Origin: a virus
Lineage: Duplodnaviria > Caudoviricetes
IMG/VR virus record: IMGVR_UViG_3300006029_000037
Coordinates: 1-31,943 of that record
Length of the DNA: 31,943 bases
Direction: 5' to 3' (one strand)
Shown here one piece after another: positions 1 through 7,312 of the stretch. The notes beneath the pieces are model-generated. The model worked only from the letters and a program-made list of their open reading frames with translations. It was not told where the DNA came from and made no database searches. Position 1 is the first letter of the stretch. Each line of letters starts with the position of its first letter. A program made the position numbers and the translations under genes.

Positions 1-441
1 CTACAAGAGGCTAAACGTTGGTTTAACTTCTCTTCTAACAAGTTAGAGTTTATGACTGACAAGTTGTGTAAGACGTATAAGAAGTTAAAGCATGGTGCTT
101 ATGCTGGTAACACACTTTGGGATGCTTGTCTAGTAGGGGATATGAAAGCATGGGATGAGATGGAAGAGTACAACATCTATGATGTATTATCCCTAGAAGA
201 GTTATACACTATCTTGCGTCCATATATGAAACTACACCCTAATCTAAACGTATTCTACGATGATAATAAGCTTAGATGTAATTGTGGTGGAGAAGAGTTC
301 TCACATAATGGATATCACTATAGTAACTTGAGTAAGTTTGATAGGTTCTCTTGTGATAGTTGTGGATCAGAAGTTAGAGGACGTGTTAATCTCTTCTCTA
401 AAGAGAAACGTGCTTCTCTTAGGATGAATGTAGTAGGATGA
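1..441 (+). CDS. RNase H-like / DNA polymerase-type 3'-5' exonuclease with C-terminal Zn ribbon (5' partial)
   Basis: Frame is open from base 1 (LQEAKRWFNFSSNKLEFMTDKL). Contains the ExoIII-like motif EYNIYDV and the Cys pairs CNCG...CDSCG, typical of phage RNase_H_2/YprB-like exonucleases. Confidence 0.75.
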   Translation, partial: LQEAKRWFNFSSNKLEFMTDKLCKTYKKLKHGAYAGNTLWDACLVGDMKAWDEMEEYNIYDVLSLEELYTILRPYMKLHPNLNVFYDDNKLRCNCGGEEFSHNGYHYSNLSKFDRFSCDSCGSEVRGRVNLFSKEKRASLRMNVVG

Positions 442-444
442 TAC

Positions 445-1116
445 ATGAGAGCTAAACTTGAACTAAAAGGTAAGGTATTTAATAGGCTAGAGGTTATCAA
501 GGAGGATAGCCAAAGGTCTGCTAGTGGAGACATCAAGTGGGTATGTAAATGCACTTGTGGTGATAAGGTTAGTGTAATAGGGAGTAACTTGAGAAATGGT
601 AACACGGGGTCTTGTGGTTGTTTAAGTTTAGACACCTTACACGAAAGGAACACTACACACGGTTTGTCTAAAGATCCTTTATACCTAACATACAGGGGTA
701 TGCTAAACAGATGTTTAGACAAAAAACATGTAAGCTATAAGAACTATGGAGGAAGATGTATTACTATCTGTGATTATTGGTTAGTATCTGTAGATAATTT
801 TATAAAAGATATGACAGTAGGGTACAAAGAGGGTCTTGAATTAGATAGAAGGGATAATAATAAAGGGTACTCCAAGGAAAATTGTAGGTGGGCAACTCAT
901 TCTGAGAATATGAGAAACAGAAGGGGTTTATTAGGGACGAGTAAGTATAAAGGTGTATCGAAGAATAAAGGCAAATATAGAGCGAGAGTTAAGGTCAATG
1001 GTAAGGAGAGGTCGTTAGGTGTATTCACTTGTGAAGTCCAAGCAGCCTTAGCTTATAACAAAGCAGCATCCAAACTCTTTGGCGAATATGCTTACTTAAA
1101 TATAATAGAGGAATAA
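445..1116 (+). CDS. HNH-type homing endonuclease with C-terminal AP2 DNA-binding domain
   Basis: N-terminal WVCKCTCG...SCGC, central YGGR and ELDRRDNNKGYSKENCRWATHSENMRN (HNH-like), C-terminal SKYKGV...YRARV...LGVF...AALAYNKAA...FGEYA (AP2). Confidence 0.88.
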   Translation: MRAKLELKGKVFNRLEVIKEDSQRSASGDIKWVCKCTCGDKVSVIGSNLRNGNTGSCGCLSLDTLHERNTTHGLSKDPLYLTYRGMLNRCLDKKHVSYKNYGGRCITICDYWLVSVDNFIKDMTVGYKEGLELDRRDNNKGYSKENCRWATHSENMRNRRGLLGTSKYKGVSKNKGKYRARVKVNGKERSLGVFTCEVQAALAYNKAASKLFGEYAYLNIIEE

Positions 1117-1119
1117 GTT

Positions 1120-1371
1120 ATGCAAGAAGAAAATGAACTAGATAGCACGATAATCACATACCAATCGCCTTATGATAATGCTTTCTCTGTTAATCCACAT
1201 ATTGAGACTTGGCCTGAGTTGATAATTGAGTTTAGCAGGGTGTTAAATAAGGCAGGTTACTTCATACCTATTGACTTAATTGAGGAGGCGATGTATGATA
1301 CTTCAAAGAAACTTAAGATTAGGTTAGAGACTGAGGGTTTAGAAGGTCAATTAGATTTACCACTGGAGTAG
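1120..1371 (+). CDS. hypothetical protein
   Basis: 83-aa ORF with GAGGA RBS, tightly packed in the operon. Confidence 0.7.
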   Translation: MQEENELDSTIITYQSPYDNAFSVNPHIETWPELIIEFSRVLNKAGYFIPIDLIEEAMYDTSKKLKIRLETEGLEGQLDLPLE

Positions 1372-1380
1372 GAGAAGTAT

Positions 1381-1980
1381 ATGAGTAAAGGTATTATTGG
1401 CGTAGATGTAGACTTAACTGTAGCTGATAGTAGTATAAGCCACTGGGATTTTCTTCAACAAGTATCTGAAGATGGAAACTCTTGTATGCCTAGTGGCGTA
1501 TTAGACTACGACCTTAGCACCTACTTCAATCTGCCTAAATACATTGATAGTATGGACTTCTGGAGATATGATGACTTATATGATGTCAAACCTTGTGATC
1601 TAGAGTTGGACTACTCTGCTAAAAGGATTACAAGAAGAGCTATACAACCTATTAAGGATAGTGTACAATGTCTACAGTCATTATCTTCCCAAGGATGGGA
1701 GATTGTATTTATATCACATGTCAAGGGTGGGCATCATAAGAGTAAGGTGGGATGGCTTAAACGTCACTTCCCTTTCATGGATGGCTTCATAGCAACTCAA
1801 GAGAAGGGATATGTTAATTGTGATGTGTTTATAGATGATAGACATAATCATTTGAATAGTATGGATGCTTACTGTAAGATAAAGTTTGACACAGTGTATG
1901 AACAGAGTGTAGAATTAGAACATGTAAACCTGATTAGTAATGATTGGGTTGAAATTGAAGAGTTTATTAATAAATTATAG
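1381..1980 (+). CDS. HAD-family 5'(3')-deoxyribonucleotidase-like protein
   Basis: HAD motif I IGVDVDLT, motif II VFIS, K..WL..HFP and motif IV FIDD. AGGAG RBS. Confidence 0.8.
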   Translation: MSKGIIGVDVDLTVADSSISHWDFLQQVSEDGNSCMPSGVLDYDLSTYFNLPKYIDSMDFWRYDDLYDVKPCDLELDYSAKRITRRAIQPIKDSVQCLQSLSSQGWEIVFISHVKGGHHKSKVGWLKRHFPFMDGFIATQEKGYVNCDVFIDDRHNHLNSMDAYCKIKFDTVYEQSVELEHVNLISNDWVEIEEFINKL

Positions 1981-1989
1981 GAGAGTGTT

Positions 1990-2274
1990 ATGAGTGTAAT
2001 TGAGATTGGATTAGCTGCATGTATAGTAATATTGTTTATATGGAATGTAGTCTTGATGCTTGATAAGGAAGATAAACTAACTTGTGGTTCGGAGTTAGAT
2101 AAACTAAGAAAGGCATTAGGATATACACAAACCTTCTATGATTATCACACTCCAGATTATACAGTACACCAGCGTATCAATCTCCTAATGGATCATCTAA
2201 ACTTAGAGATTAAAGAAGGTGAGCCTAGTACCACTGTATTAGTTAAGAAGAAGCCGATTAAGAGGGGTAAATAA
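1990..2274 (+). CDS. hypothetical protein with N-terminal transmembrane helix
   Basis: AGGAG RBS and hydrophobic IGLAACIVILFIWNVVLML. Confidence 0.7.
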   Translation: MSVIEIGLAACIVILFIWNVVLMLDKEDKLTCGSELDKLRKALGYTQTFYDYHTPDYTVHQRINLLMDHLNLEIKEGEPSTTVLVKKKPIKRGK

Positions 2275-2276
2275 CT

Positions 2277-2537
2277 GTGAGCCAATTGGATATGTTGTTG
2301 TTATTTTGGCTACTACCTAGTCTAATAACATTGCAATTATTTATTATTTATAATAGAGTGGGTTTTCATATTAGACTCGGGTTAGCTGATTATGACTCAA
2401 GAGATTGGGTAGCAGCATTCCTTACATCAGTATTTTACCCTATAGGGCTGATGGTTATGACGTTGTATATAGTATTATCATATGATAAGTATGGTGAAAT
2501 ACTGACTAAAGAGATTAAGTTTAAATGGAGGAAGTAA
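2277..2537 (+). CDS. small membrane protein (2 TM)
   Basis: GTG start after GAGG, two hydrophobic segments. Its stop overlaps the next start (TAATG). Confidence 0.7.
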   Translation: MSQLDMLLLFWLLPSLITLQLFIIYNRVGFHIRLGLADYDSRDWVAAFLTSVFYPIGLMVMTLYIVLSYDKYGEILTKEIKFKWRK

Positions 2538-3205
2538 TGGTTAGTCTAACAGGTAAAGTGATTATATTAAACTCCCCGCCCAACACAGGGAAGGATTCTA
2601 TTGCTAATGCTATTTGTAATATTCATACACATACTAAGCATAGACAGTTCAAGGATAAGCTGTATGAAATTACTGCTATGCTGTTTAACCGTAACCTTTT
2701 AAGTTTTAAACATGCAGCCAATGATAGGGTATTAAAGGAGACACCTTCTGAGAATCTAACTGTACCTAGCAAAGAGTTCCATAAGATTACAGCTCTCACT
2801 AAGTCTAATAGAGCATTTACAATAGCCGAGGGATGTACATTATCTGGTGATTATAATGTCCCCATCTCTCCTAGAGAAGCATTGATATACACATCTGAGA
2901 TTGTAATTAAGCCTAGATTTGGAGATAAGTACTTTGGCCTAGCTGCTGCTGATTCTATTAGGAATGATCGTAATGGCAGTGTATTCAGTGATGGAGGCTT
3001 CCAAGAGGAACTATCCCCTATTGTAGATGTCGTAGGAGAAGAGAATGTATATATTGTACAATTCACTAGAGGAGATAAACTAAACTTCTTAGGTGATAGT
3101 AGAGATTGGTTAGAACCTTATGGCAATATTAACTTGATCCAGACAACTAATGATGGTACAATAGATGAAGTAGTTGATTACATACTAAGTCAGATTAAAC
3201 AATAG
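2537..3205 (+). CDS. deoxynucleoside monophosphate (dNMP) kinase
   Basis: P-loop ILNSPPNTGKD, FKDKL, PREALI...E...KP.FG..YFG and VFSDGGF..E, as in phage dNMP kinases. Start moved to ATG 2537 (GGAGG RBS, TAATG coupling). Confidence 0.82.
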   Translation: MVSLTGKVIILNSPPNTGKDSIANAICNIHTHTKHRQFKDKLYEITAMLFNRNLLSFKHAANDRVLKETPSENLTVPSKEFHKITALTKSNRAFTIAEGCTLSGDYNVPISPREALIYTSEIVIKPRFGDKYFGLAAADSIRNDRNGSVFSDGGFQEELSPIVDVVGEENVYIVQFTRGDKLNFLGDSRDWLEPYGNINLIQTTNDGTIDEVVDYILSQIKQ

Positions 3206-3214
3206 GAGAATAAT

Positions 3215-3691
3215 ATGAGTAATGATATTAATATTAACTTAACCATCAAGCAAGGTGCATCTGAGGAGGAGATTGCAGCTCTTGTAGCAGCAGAGGTTAA
3301 GAAACACACTAAGCCTAAGTTTCCTAGGTGGGAGGAGTTGGGAAAGATTAGTGGTAGTTGGGTAACTGAAGGGGCTGAAGTTATTGGTGATGGGGATTGC
3401 CCTATAACTACATACAGTTATAATCGTAACGTCTGGCCTACTAAAGAACTAGCAGAGGCATGTCTAGCTCTATCACAATTAGCTCAATTACATGATTATG
3501 TGAATGGAGATTGGAAGCCTGATTGGAACTGCGGTCATATCAAGCACGTTATTGAGGTGTATCGGGATGGGGTTAGTACAGATCGTTACGCACATACTCA
3601 GTACTTCCTAGCATTCAAAGATGAAGGAACACGAGATGGATTCCTAGAAGCATATCATGACTTAATTGAGATTGCTAAGCCTTTGCTGTAA
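3215..3691 (+). CDS. hypothetical phage protein
   Basis: 158-aa ORF with AGGAG RBS. The C-terminal LALSQL...NGDWKPDW...FLAFK pattern looks like a conserved phage domain of unknown function. Confidence 0.7.
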   Translation: MSNDININLTIKQGASEEEIAALVAAEVKKHTKPKFPRWEELGKISGSWVTEGAEVIGDGDCPITTYSYNRNVWPTKELAEACLALSQLAQLHDYVNGDWKPDWNCGHIKHVIEVYRDGVSTDRYAHTQYFLAFKDEGTRDGFLEAYHDLIEIAKPLL

Positions 3692-3709
3692 TAGCTATAT
3701 AAAGCCCTT

Positions 3710-3813
3710 CGAGAAGGGGTCAAACGTCCATCCTAAGAGCTTTTTAGCTTAAAGAGGTAGGGTAGGTAGGGGCAAATACAAGAGGGCTTAGAGAGGCTTA
3801 CAGGGGCATATAG
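3710..3813 (+). repeat. dispersed palindromic element, copy 1 (GTAGGGTAGGTAGGGG core)
   Basis: Core at 3757-3772. Inverted CTAAG (3733-3737) and CTTAG (3787-3791), with degenerate outer arms. Confidence 0.8.
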
Positions 3814-3839
3814 GAGGGTAAACTATATAAATAAAGTGC

Positions 3840-3869
3840 TTGATAAGTTGCAAGGAATTGGGTTATAAT
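3840..3869 (+). promoter_or_regulatory. putative sigma70-type promoter
   Basis: TTGATA (3840-3845), 18-nt spacer, TATAAT (3864-3869), upstream of the RBS and ATG 3901. Confidence 0.55.
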
Positions 3870-3900
3870 AGGTACTTAATTAAATAGAGGAGAGAGTAAG

Positions 3901-4095
3901 ATGAGTGAAGAAGTATACACACTTTTATATAAGGCTAATAATCCCTTCCATAGTAATGGGATATTAAAGTCTGAGGGTACATTAGAAACGTTGGAAGGCC
4001 TTATTGCCTGTAGAAGTGGATATACATTCTATGGTATTTATAAGAAAGTGATGGACGTAGATATTAAGCTTACTAAAATAGAGGAGTTATTATGA
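3901..4095 (+). CDS. hypothetical protein
   Basis: 64 aa, GAGGAG RBS, ATGA overlap with the next gene. Confidence 0.6.
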   Translation: MSEEVYTLLYKANNPFHSNGILKSEGTLETLEGLIACRSGYTFYGIYKKVMDVDIKLTKIEELL

Positions 4096-4307
4096 AAGAT
4101 ATGTTAGGCACAGAGGTAGTGGTAGGTGACAGTGTTATTTACTTTGACCGCGAGATGGGAGATGGAGATGGCGCTTTGACAGGAGGTGTGATTAAAGATA
4201 TTAAACACAGTGCTACGTTAGTAGAAGGTGTAGATGAAGAAGGAGCTTGGCTATTAAGTGACGAGTTTGCATACTACACAACAATAAAAGATCTTACATT
4301 AGATTAA
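4092..4307 (+). CDS. hypothetical protein (small, SH3-like pattern)
   Basis: 71 aa, GAGGAG RBS. MKDMLGTEVVVGDSV resembles the D..G.E...GD.V start of small phage SH3-fold proteins. Confidence 0.65.
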   Translation: MKDMLGTEVVVGDSVIYFDREMGDGDGALTGGVIKDIKHSATLVEGVDEEGAWLLSDEFAYYTTIKDLTLD

Positions 4308-4330
4308 TAATAACACAGGAGATATAACAC

Positions 4331-4777
4331 TTGAATTCAGCACCAGAGCTAGTAGTATGTAATGAGGATTTATTCAGAGTAGAGTTATTTGATCAGATTA
4401 TGGACTTAGGAGGCTATAGTGCTTCAGACGCTTTAGCCTTAGTTAAGGAGCGTATTAGTATTGAGAAGGAGGTGAGTAGTCTACGCCGTAAATTAAGTGT
4501 GCCTAGATTTATTCCAGCATCTTACATTGAAGGGATGCCCAAAGAGGATGTAGATAAGTTCTTATTTAATAAGGCTGGCTTTGATACTATTGGATATCAA
4601 TGGGTTTACGATATTTGTTGTTACACTTTCAATGGTAAGCAAGATTGTGGACGTATAGTTATTGGTCAAGAGAGATTAGATGATAAGTGGCGCAGATCGG
4701 GAAACATGAGTGATGATGCTTTCTACTACTTAAACAGAGAAGTGGAGCGGGATGGTATGAAGCATGATGTCAAGTAA
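4331..4777 (+). CDS. hypothetical protein
   Basis: 148 aa, TTG start after AGGAG. Confidence 0.7.
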   Translation: MNSAPELVVCNEDLFRVELFDQIMDLGGYSASDALALVKERISIEKEVSSLRRKLSVPRFIPASYIEGMPKEDVDKFLFNKAGFDTIGYQWVYDICCYTFNGKQDCGRIVIGQERLDDKWRRSGNMSDDAFYYLNREVERDGMKHDVK

Positions 4778-5012
4778 GAAAGAGTTTAAGATTTGCCCTA
4801 TAATCACCAAGGATGGTGTTAGGTATGTTGTCAAGGAAGACAAGAGGTGGGGAGGGTATGTTGCAGAAGGTGGTGTTAATCCTGCTAATGATTACTATTA
4901 CATCACTACTATTAAAAGACTAGCTGCTAAGTATGAGGATATTACTACTATCTCTAATGTATTAGATATTATGTTTGGTGAGTCTTATATAATCAATGAT
5001 AATTACTTATAG
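4764..5012 (+). CDS. hypothetical protein
   Basis: 82 aa, overlaps the upstream gene end, last gene of the + strand unit. Confidence 0.6.
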   Translation: MMSSKKEFKICPIITKDGVRYVVKEDKRWGGYVAEGGVNPANDYYYITTIKRLAAKYEDITTISNVLDIMFGESYIINDNYL

Positions 5013-5014
5013 AA

Positions 5015-5062
5015 TAAACCCCCTAAACTCCCAAGGAGGAGGGTGAGAGAGAAGGGGATTTA
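5015..5062. terminator. possible structured terminator region between convergent transcription units
   Basis: AAACCCCCT...CTCC-CAA-GGAG...AGGGGATTT nested imperfect inverted repeats between the stops at 5012 (+) and 5104 (-). Confidence 0.35.
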
Positions 5063-5103
5063 TAAACTTTAGTAGCCCAGTTCAGACTACGTTATAGCTA
5101 ATC

Positions 5104-5613
5104 TTATATAGCTTTGTGTGTTCTATCGAAGTTATAATTTATTTTGTATATATCCGCAGGAGCATTTGATCTAACATAAACTGTTGCCCCGTTTGCTTCC
5201 CATGTGTCCAAAGTATAAGCACTCGGTAAACCGTAAACCACTCCTCGCTCAACACTCGCACCTTTAGGAAATACAAAAGTTTGCCTATATAGCTCTCCAA
5301 CTGCCCCACCGATATCCACCCATACTTCTAGCCATTGGTTCGCTGCTGAAGGAACCGCTTTAAAATAAAGCATCAAGTCTAACGCATCACCATTTCTTCC
5401 TGTGATTACTGAACCATCATAAAAGCTAGTAATATCAGAAGGTTTTTGGCTATCAATAATATTTCCCGCATTGTTAGGAAGAACTGTATCTGTGTCGGCA
5501 GCAATAGTGAAAGCTGTCCCTGCATCAATATGGACTGTATCTGTATAACTAGCCCACCCCGATGTGTTACTCCCGACATCGCCCCCTACCTTACTTCCTA
5601 TTAATATAGTCAT
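5104..5613 (-). CDS. hypothetical protein, probably virion-associated beta-rich protein
   Basis: 169 aa, AAGGAG RBS, G/T/S/D/aromatic-rich composition. Confidence 0.7.
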   Translation of the reverse strand: MTILIGSKVGGDVGSNTSGWASYTDTVHIDAGTAFTIAADTDTVLPNNAGNIIDSQKPSDITSFYDGSVITGRNGDALDLMLYFKAVPSAANQWLEVWVDIGGAVGELYRQTFVFPKGASVERGVVYGLPSAYTLDTWEANGATVYVRSNAPADIYKINYNFDRTHKAI

Positions 5614-5622
5614 AATATCTCC

Positions 5623-5907
5623 TTATACTTCTTGTACATTAATAGTAGTACCCAATACACTCCTAGCCTTACACCATATCTTTAAGCTACCTGTTAGTGC
5701 ATTAGCTGTAGCGTAAGGGTCGTCTGTATTAGTTACAGGTACGCCTATTGTGTCAGAAGCAGAAGGAGTACCTGTCTGCTCTAGTAATAATATCTCCCCA
5801 TTACCTTTGTTAGTAATAAGCATTGCCGTTCCTACAGTAATACCACTCTCTGTATTTACATCTACCCAAGTTTGTCCTATGACAATATCTGGTAATGTCT
5901 GTGCCAT
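5623..5907 (-). CDS. hypothetical protein, possibly virion-associated
   Basis: 94 aa, AAGGA RBS, predicted beta-rich (W.DV...GI..G...LITNKG...W.KA). Confidence 0.7.
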   Translation of the reverse strand: MAQTLPDIVIGQTWVDVNTESGITVGTAMLITNKGNGEILLLEQTGTPSASDTIGVPVTNTDDPYATANALTGSLKIWCKARSVLGTTINVQEV

Positions 5908-5943
5908 TTTATCATTCCTTTATTATTTATAATAGTTATAATA

Positions 5944-6053
5944 CCTCTACAAGCTCCATACAAGCTCTCTAAGCAACGTTAGATTTAGTAGTAGGGTAGG
6001 TAGGGGTGGGGGGTAAACGTTGCTTAGGATGGCTGTACGTGCGTTCTCAGGGG
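5944..6053 (+). repeat. dispersed palindromic element, copy 2
   Basis: Core at 5991-6006. Perfect 12-bp inverted repeat CTAAGCAACGTT (5969-5980) / AACGTTGCTTAG (6016-6027). The left arm is 11-bp periodic: CTACAAGCTCC|ATACAAGCTCT|CTAAGCAACGT. Confidence 0.85.
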
Positions 6054-6088
6054 TCTATATTAGGTACTAGGGGGGGTGGGTATGTATT

Positions 6089-6460
6089 CTACTTACCTAT
6101 CCTATCCATAAACTTATCTACTAAGTCTGTAAGCATTTTGGTGTTAGCTTGTATAGTGAGGTTAGCTGATTCTATCTTACGTTCAGAAGCTTGATTAATT
6201 CTATTAAGTTCTTCCCCCCTCATCTCTGACATATCAAGGGCTATCTTATGTCTATCTCTGTCTGTGTGACACTCCTCTACAGCAGCTTCCAGCTTCTCTA
6301 TCTTAGTATTAATAAAACTATTATGTTTATTACCTTGCCTGATAAGCGCCCACACCACTCCCGCCACTAGGATTATAAAAAGTATAGTGATAGCAGCTCC
6401 AGAGTTACCACCTTCACTTATCAATCTCACCTGATCTAGTATCTTTACTACGCTTTCCAC
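6089..6460 (-). CDS. membrane-anchored coiled-coil protein (holin/spanin-like architecture, function unknown)
   Basis: One TM (AAITILFIILVAGVVWALI) followed by a long heptad-rich helical region. GTG start with AAAGG RBS. Confidence 0.7.
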   Translation of the reverse strand: MESVVKILDQVRLISEGGNSGAAITILFIILVAGVVWALIRQGNKHNSFINTKIEKLEAAVEECHTDRDRHKIALDMSEMRGEELNRINQASERKIESANLTIQANTKMLTDLVDKFMDRIGK

Positions 6461-7020
6461 TGTGTGCCTTTCCTTTTATTGCTATTCTTAAAGAGAAGAT
6501 TAGGAGCAAGAAGTGTATCCCCAAGATACTGTAGTACCCCACATCCGACATACTTACTTCTCCCTTTTCTATCATATAAAATATACATCGCTACTCCATA
6601 ATAGATATTCACACTTATGTTATACAGCCAAGTCTCTGCATTGCTTGCAGCTACAGCTCCAGAGATAGAGAAACCTGATATATCAAATATATAGTTGCTT
6701 AGATGTGCAGACAAATGAGAACCCCAGTTGAGTATTCCTAGTCCACATATCAACATTTCAGCTATAAACAGATACATCACTGCACACTTCAATTTGCAAT
6801 GCCTTACTGTAGATAACACTATAACTCCTAGAAACACTACCATTACTTGTATAGTGTATGCCAACCAAGACTCTCCTGCATTTAGGAAGAACTTGAGAGG
6901 CTCTGGGGCTAATGCTGTGAGTAAGAAGATAGTTGCTATGCCACAGCCACGTTTAGTAGGATGTGTAATAAGACACATTCCACATAGTAGTATCAATAGT
7001 CCCCAGATAGTAATAGTCAT
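6448..7020 (-). CDS. polytopic integral membrane protein of unknown function
   Basis: 190 aa with about 5 hydrophobic segments and a basic C-tail. AGGA RBS lies inside the upstream mini-ORF. Confidence 0.75.
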   Translation of the reverse strand: MTITIWGLLILLCGMCLITHPTKRGCGIATIFLLTALAPEPLKFFLNAGESWLAYTIQVMVVFLGVIVLSTVRHCKLKCAVMYLFIAEMLICGLGILNWGSHLSAHLSNYIFDISGFSISGAVAASNAETWLYNISVNIYYGVAMYILYDRKGRSKYVGCGVLQYLGDTLLAPNLLFKNSNKRKGTQWKA

Positions 7021-7022
7021 AT

Positions 7023-7082
7023 CTACTTCCTAATCACAGGTTTGTCAGCAGTATCCCTAGTTGTACTCATTGGCTTCGACAT
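7023..7082 (-). CDS. 19-aa peptide MSKPMSTTRDTADKPVIRK (not in the ORF track)
   Basis: Strong AAGGAG RBS 6 nt before the ATG. The TAG ends 2 nt before the membrane-protein ATG. It is the first ORF after a predicted promoter. Confidence 0.6.
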   Translation of the reverse strand: MSKPMSTTRDTADKPVIRK

Positions 7083-7122
7083 TTGTATCTCCTTAGTTGA
7101 ATTAATTAATATACCAATACAT

Positions 7123-7151
7123 ATAGTAACATATTGTGTGGTAGATGTAAA
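7123..7151 (-). promoter_or_regulatory. putative sigma70 promoter with extended -10
   Basis: On the - strand: TTTACA (7151-7146), 17-nt spacer ending in TGT, then TACTAT (7128-7123). Confidence 0.6.
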
Positions 7152-7187
7152 GACTTATCGCTACCTACTCCTGCCTAATATACATAG

Positions 7188-7293
7188 CCCTAGAAGGCCT
7201 CTCGTTCCATTCTAAGGGCGTTTCTCTCTTTAGTAGTAGGGTAGGTAGGGGTATGTTAGAAGCTCTTAGGATGCTCGTATGGAGCTTCTAGAG
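7188..7293 (+). repeat. dispersed palindromic element, copy 3
   Basis: Core at 7236-7251. CTAAG 7212-7216 / CTTAG 7265-7269 and CTAGAAG 7190-7196 / CTTCTAG 7285-7291 share the same dyad axis. Confidence 0.85.
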
Positions 7294-7312
7294 AGGGGAG
7301 TGTTACCCTCCT

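Noticed and set aside
318-722. 134-aa - strand ORF
   Set aside because: Antisense shadow of the exonuclease and HNH genes, with no recognisable motif.
3705-3718. CCCTT-CGAG-AAGGG hairpin as a terminator
   Set aside because: Only a 5-bp stem with no U-tract directly after it, and it overlaps the arm of repeat copy 1.
6006-6194. 62-aa + strand ORF starting inside repeat copy 2
   Set aside because: Starts within a G-run, overlaps a - strand gene, and has low-complexity translation.
3710-7293. CRISPR array or IS interpretation of the repeats
   Set aside because: Copies are 1.2-2.2 kb apart with genes in between. There are no regular spacers, and no cas or transposase gene was recognised.
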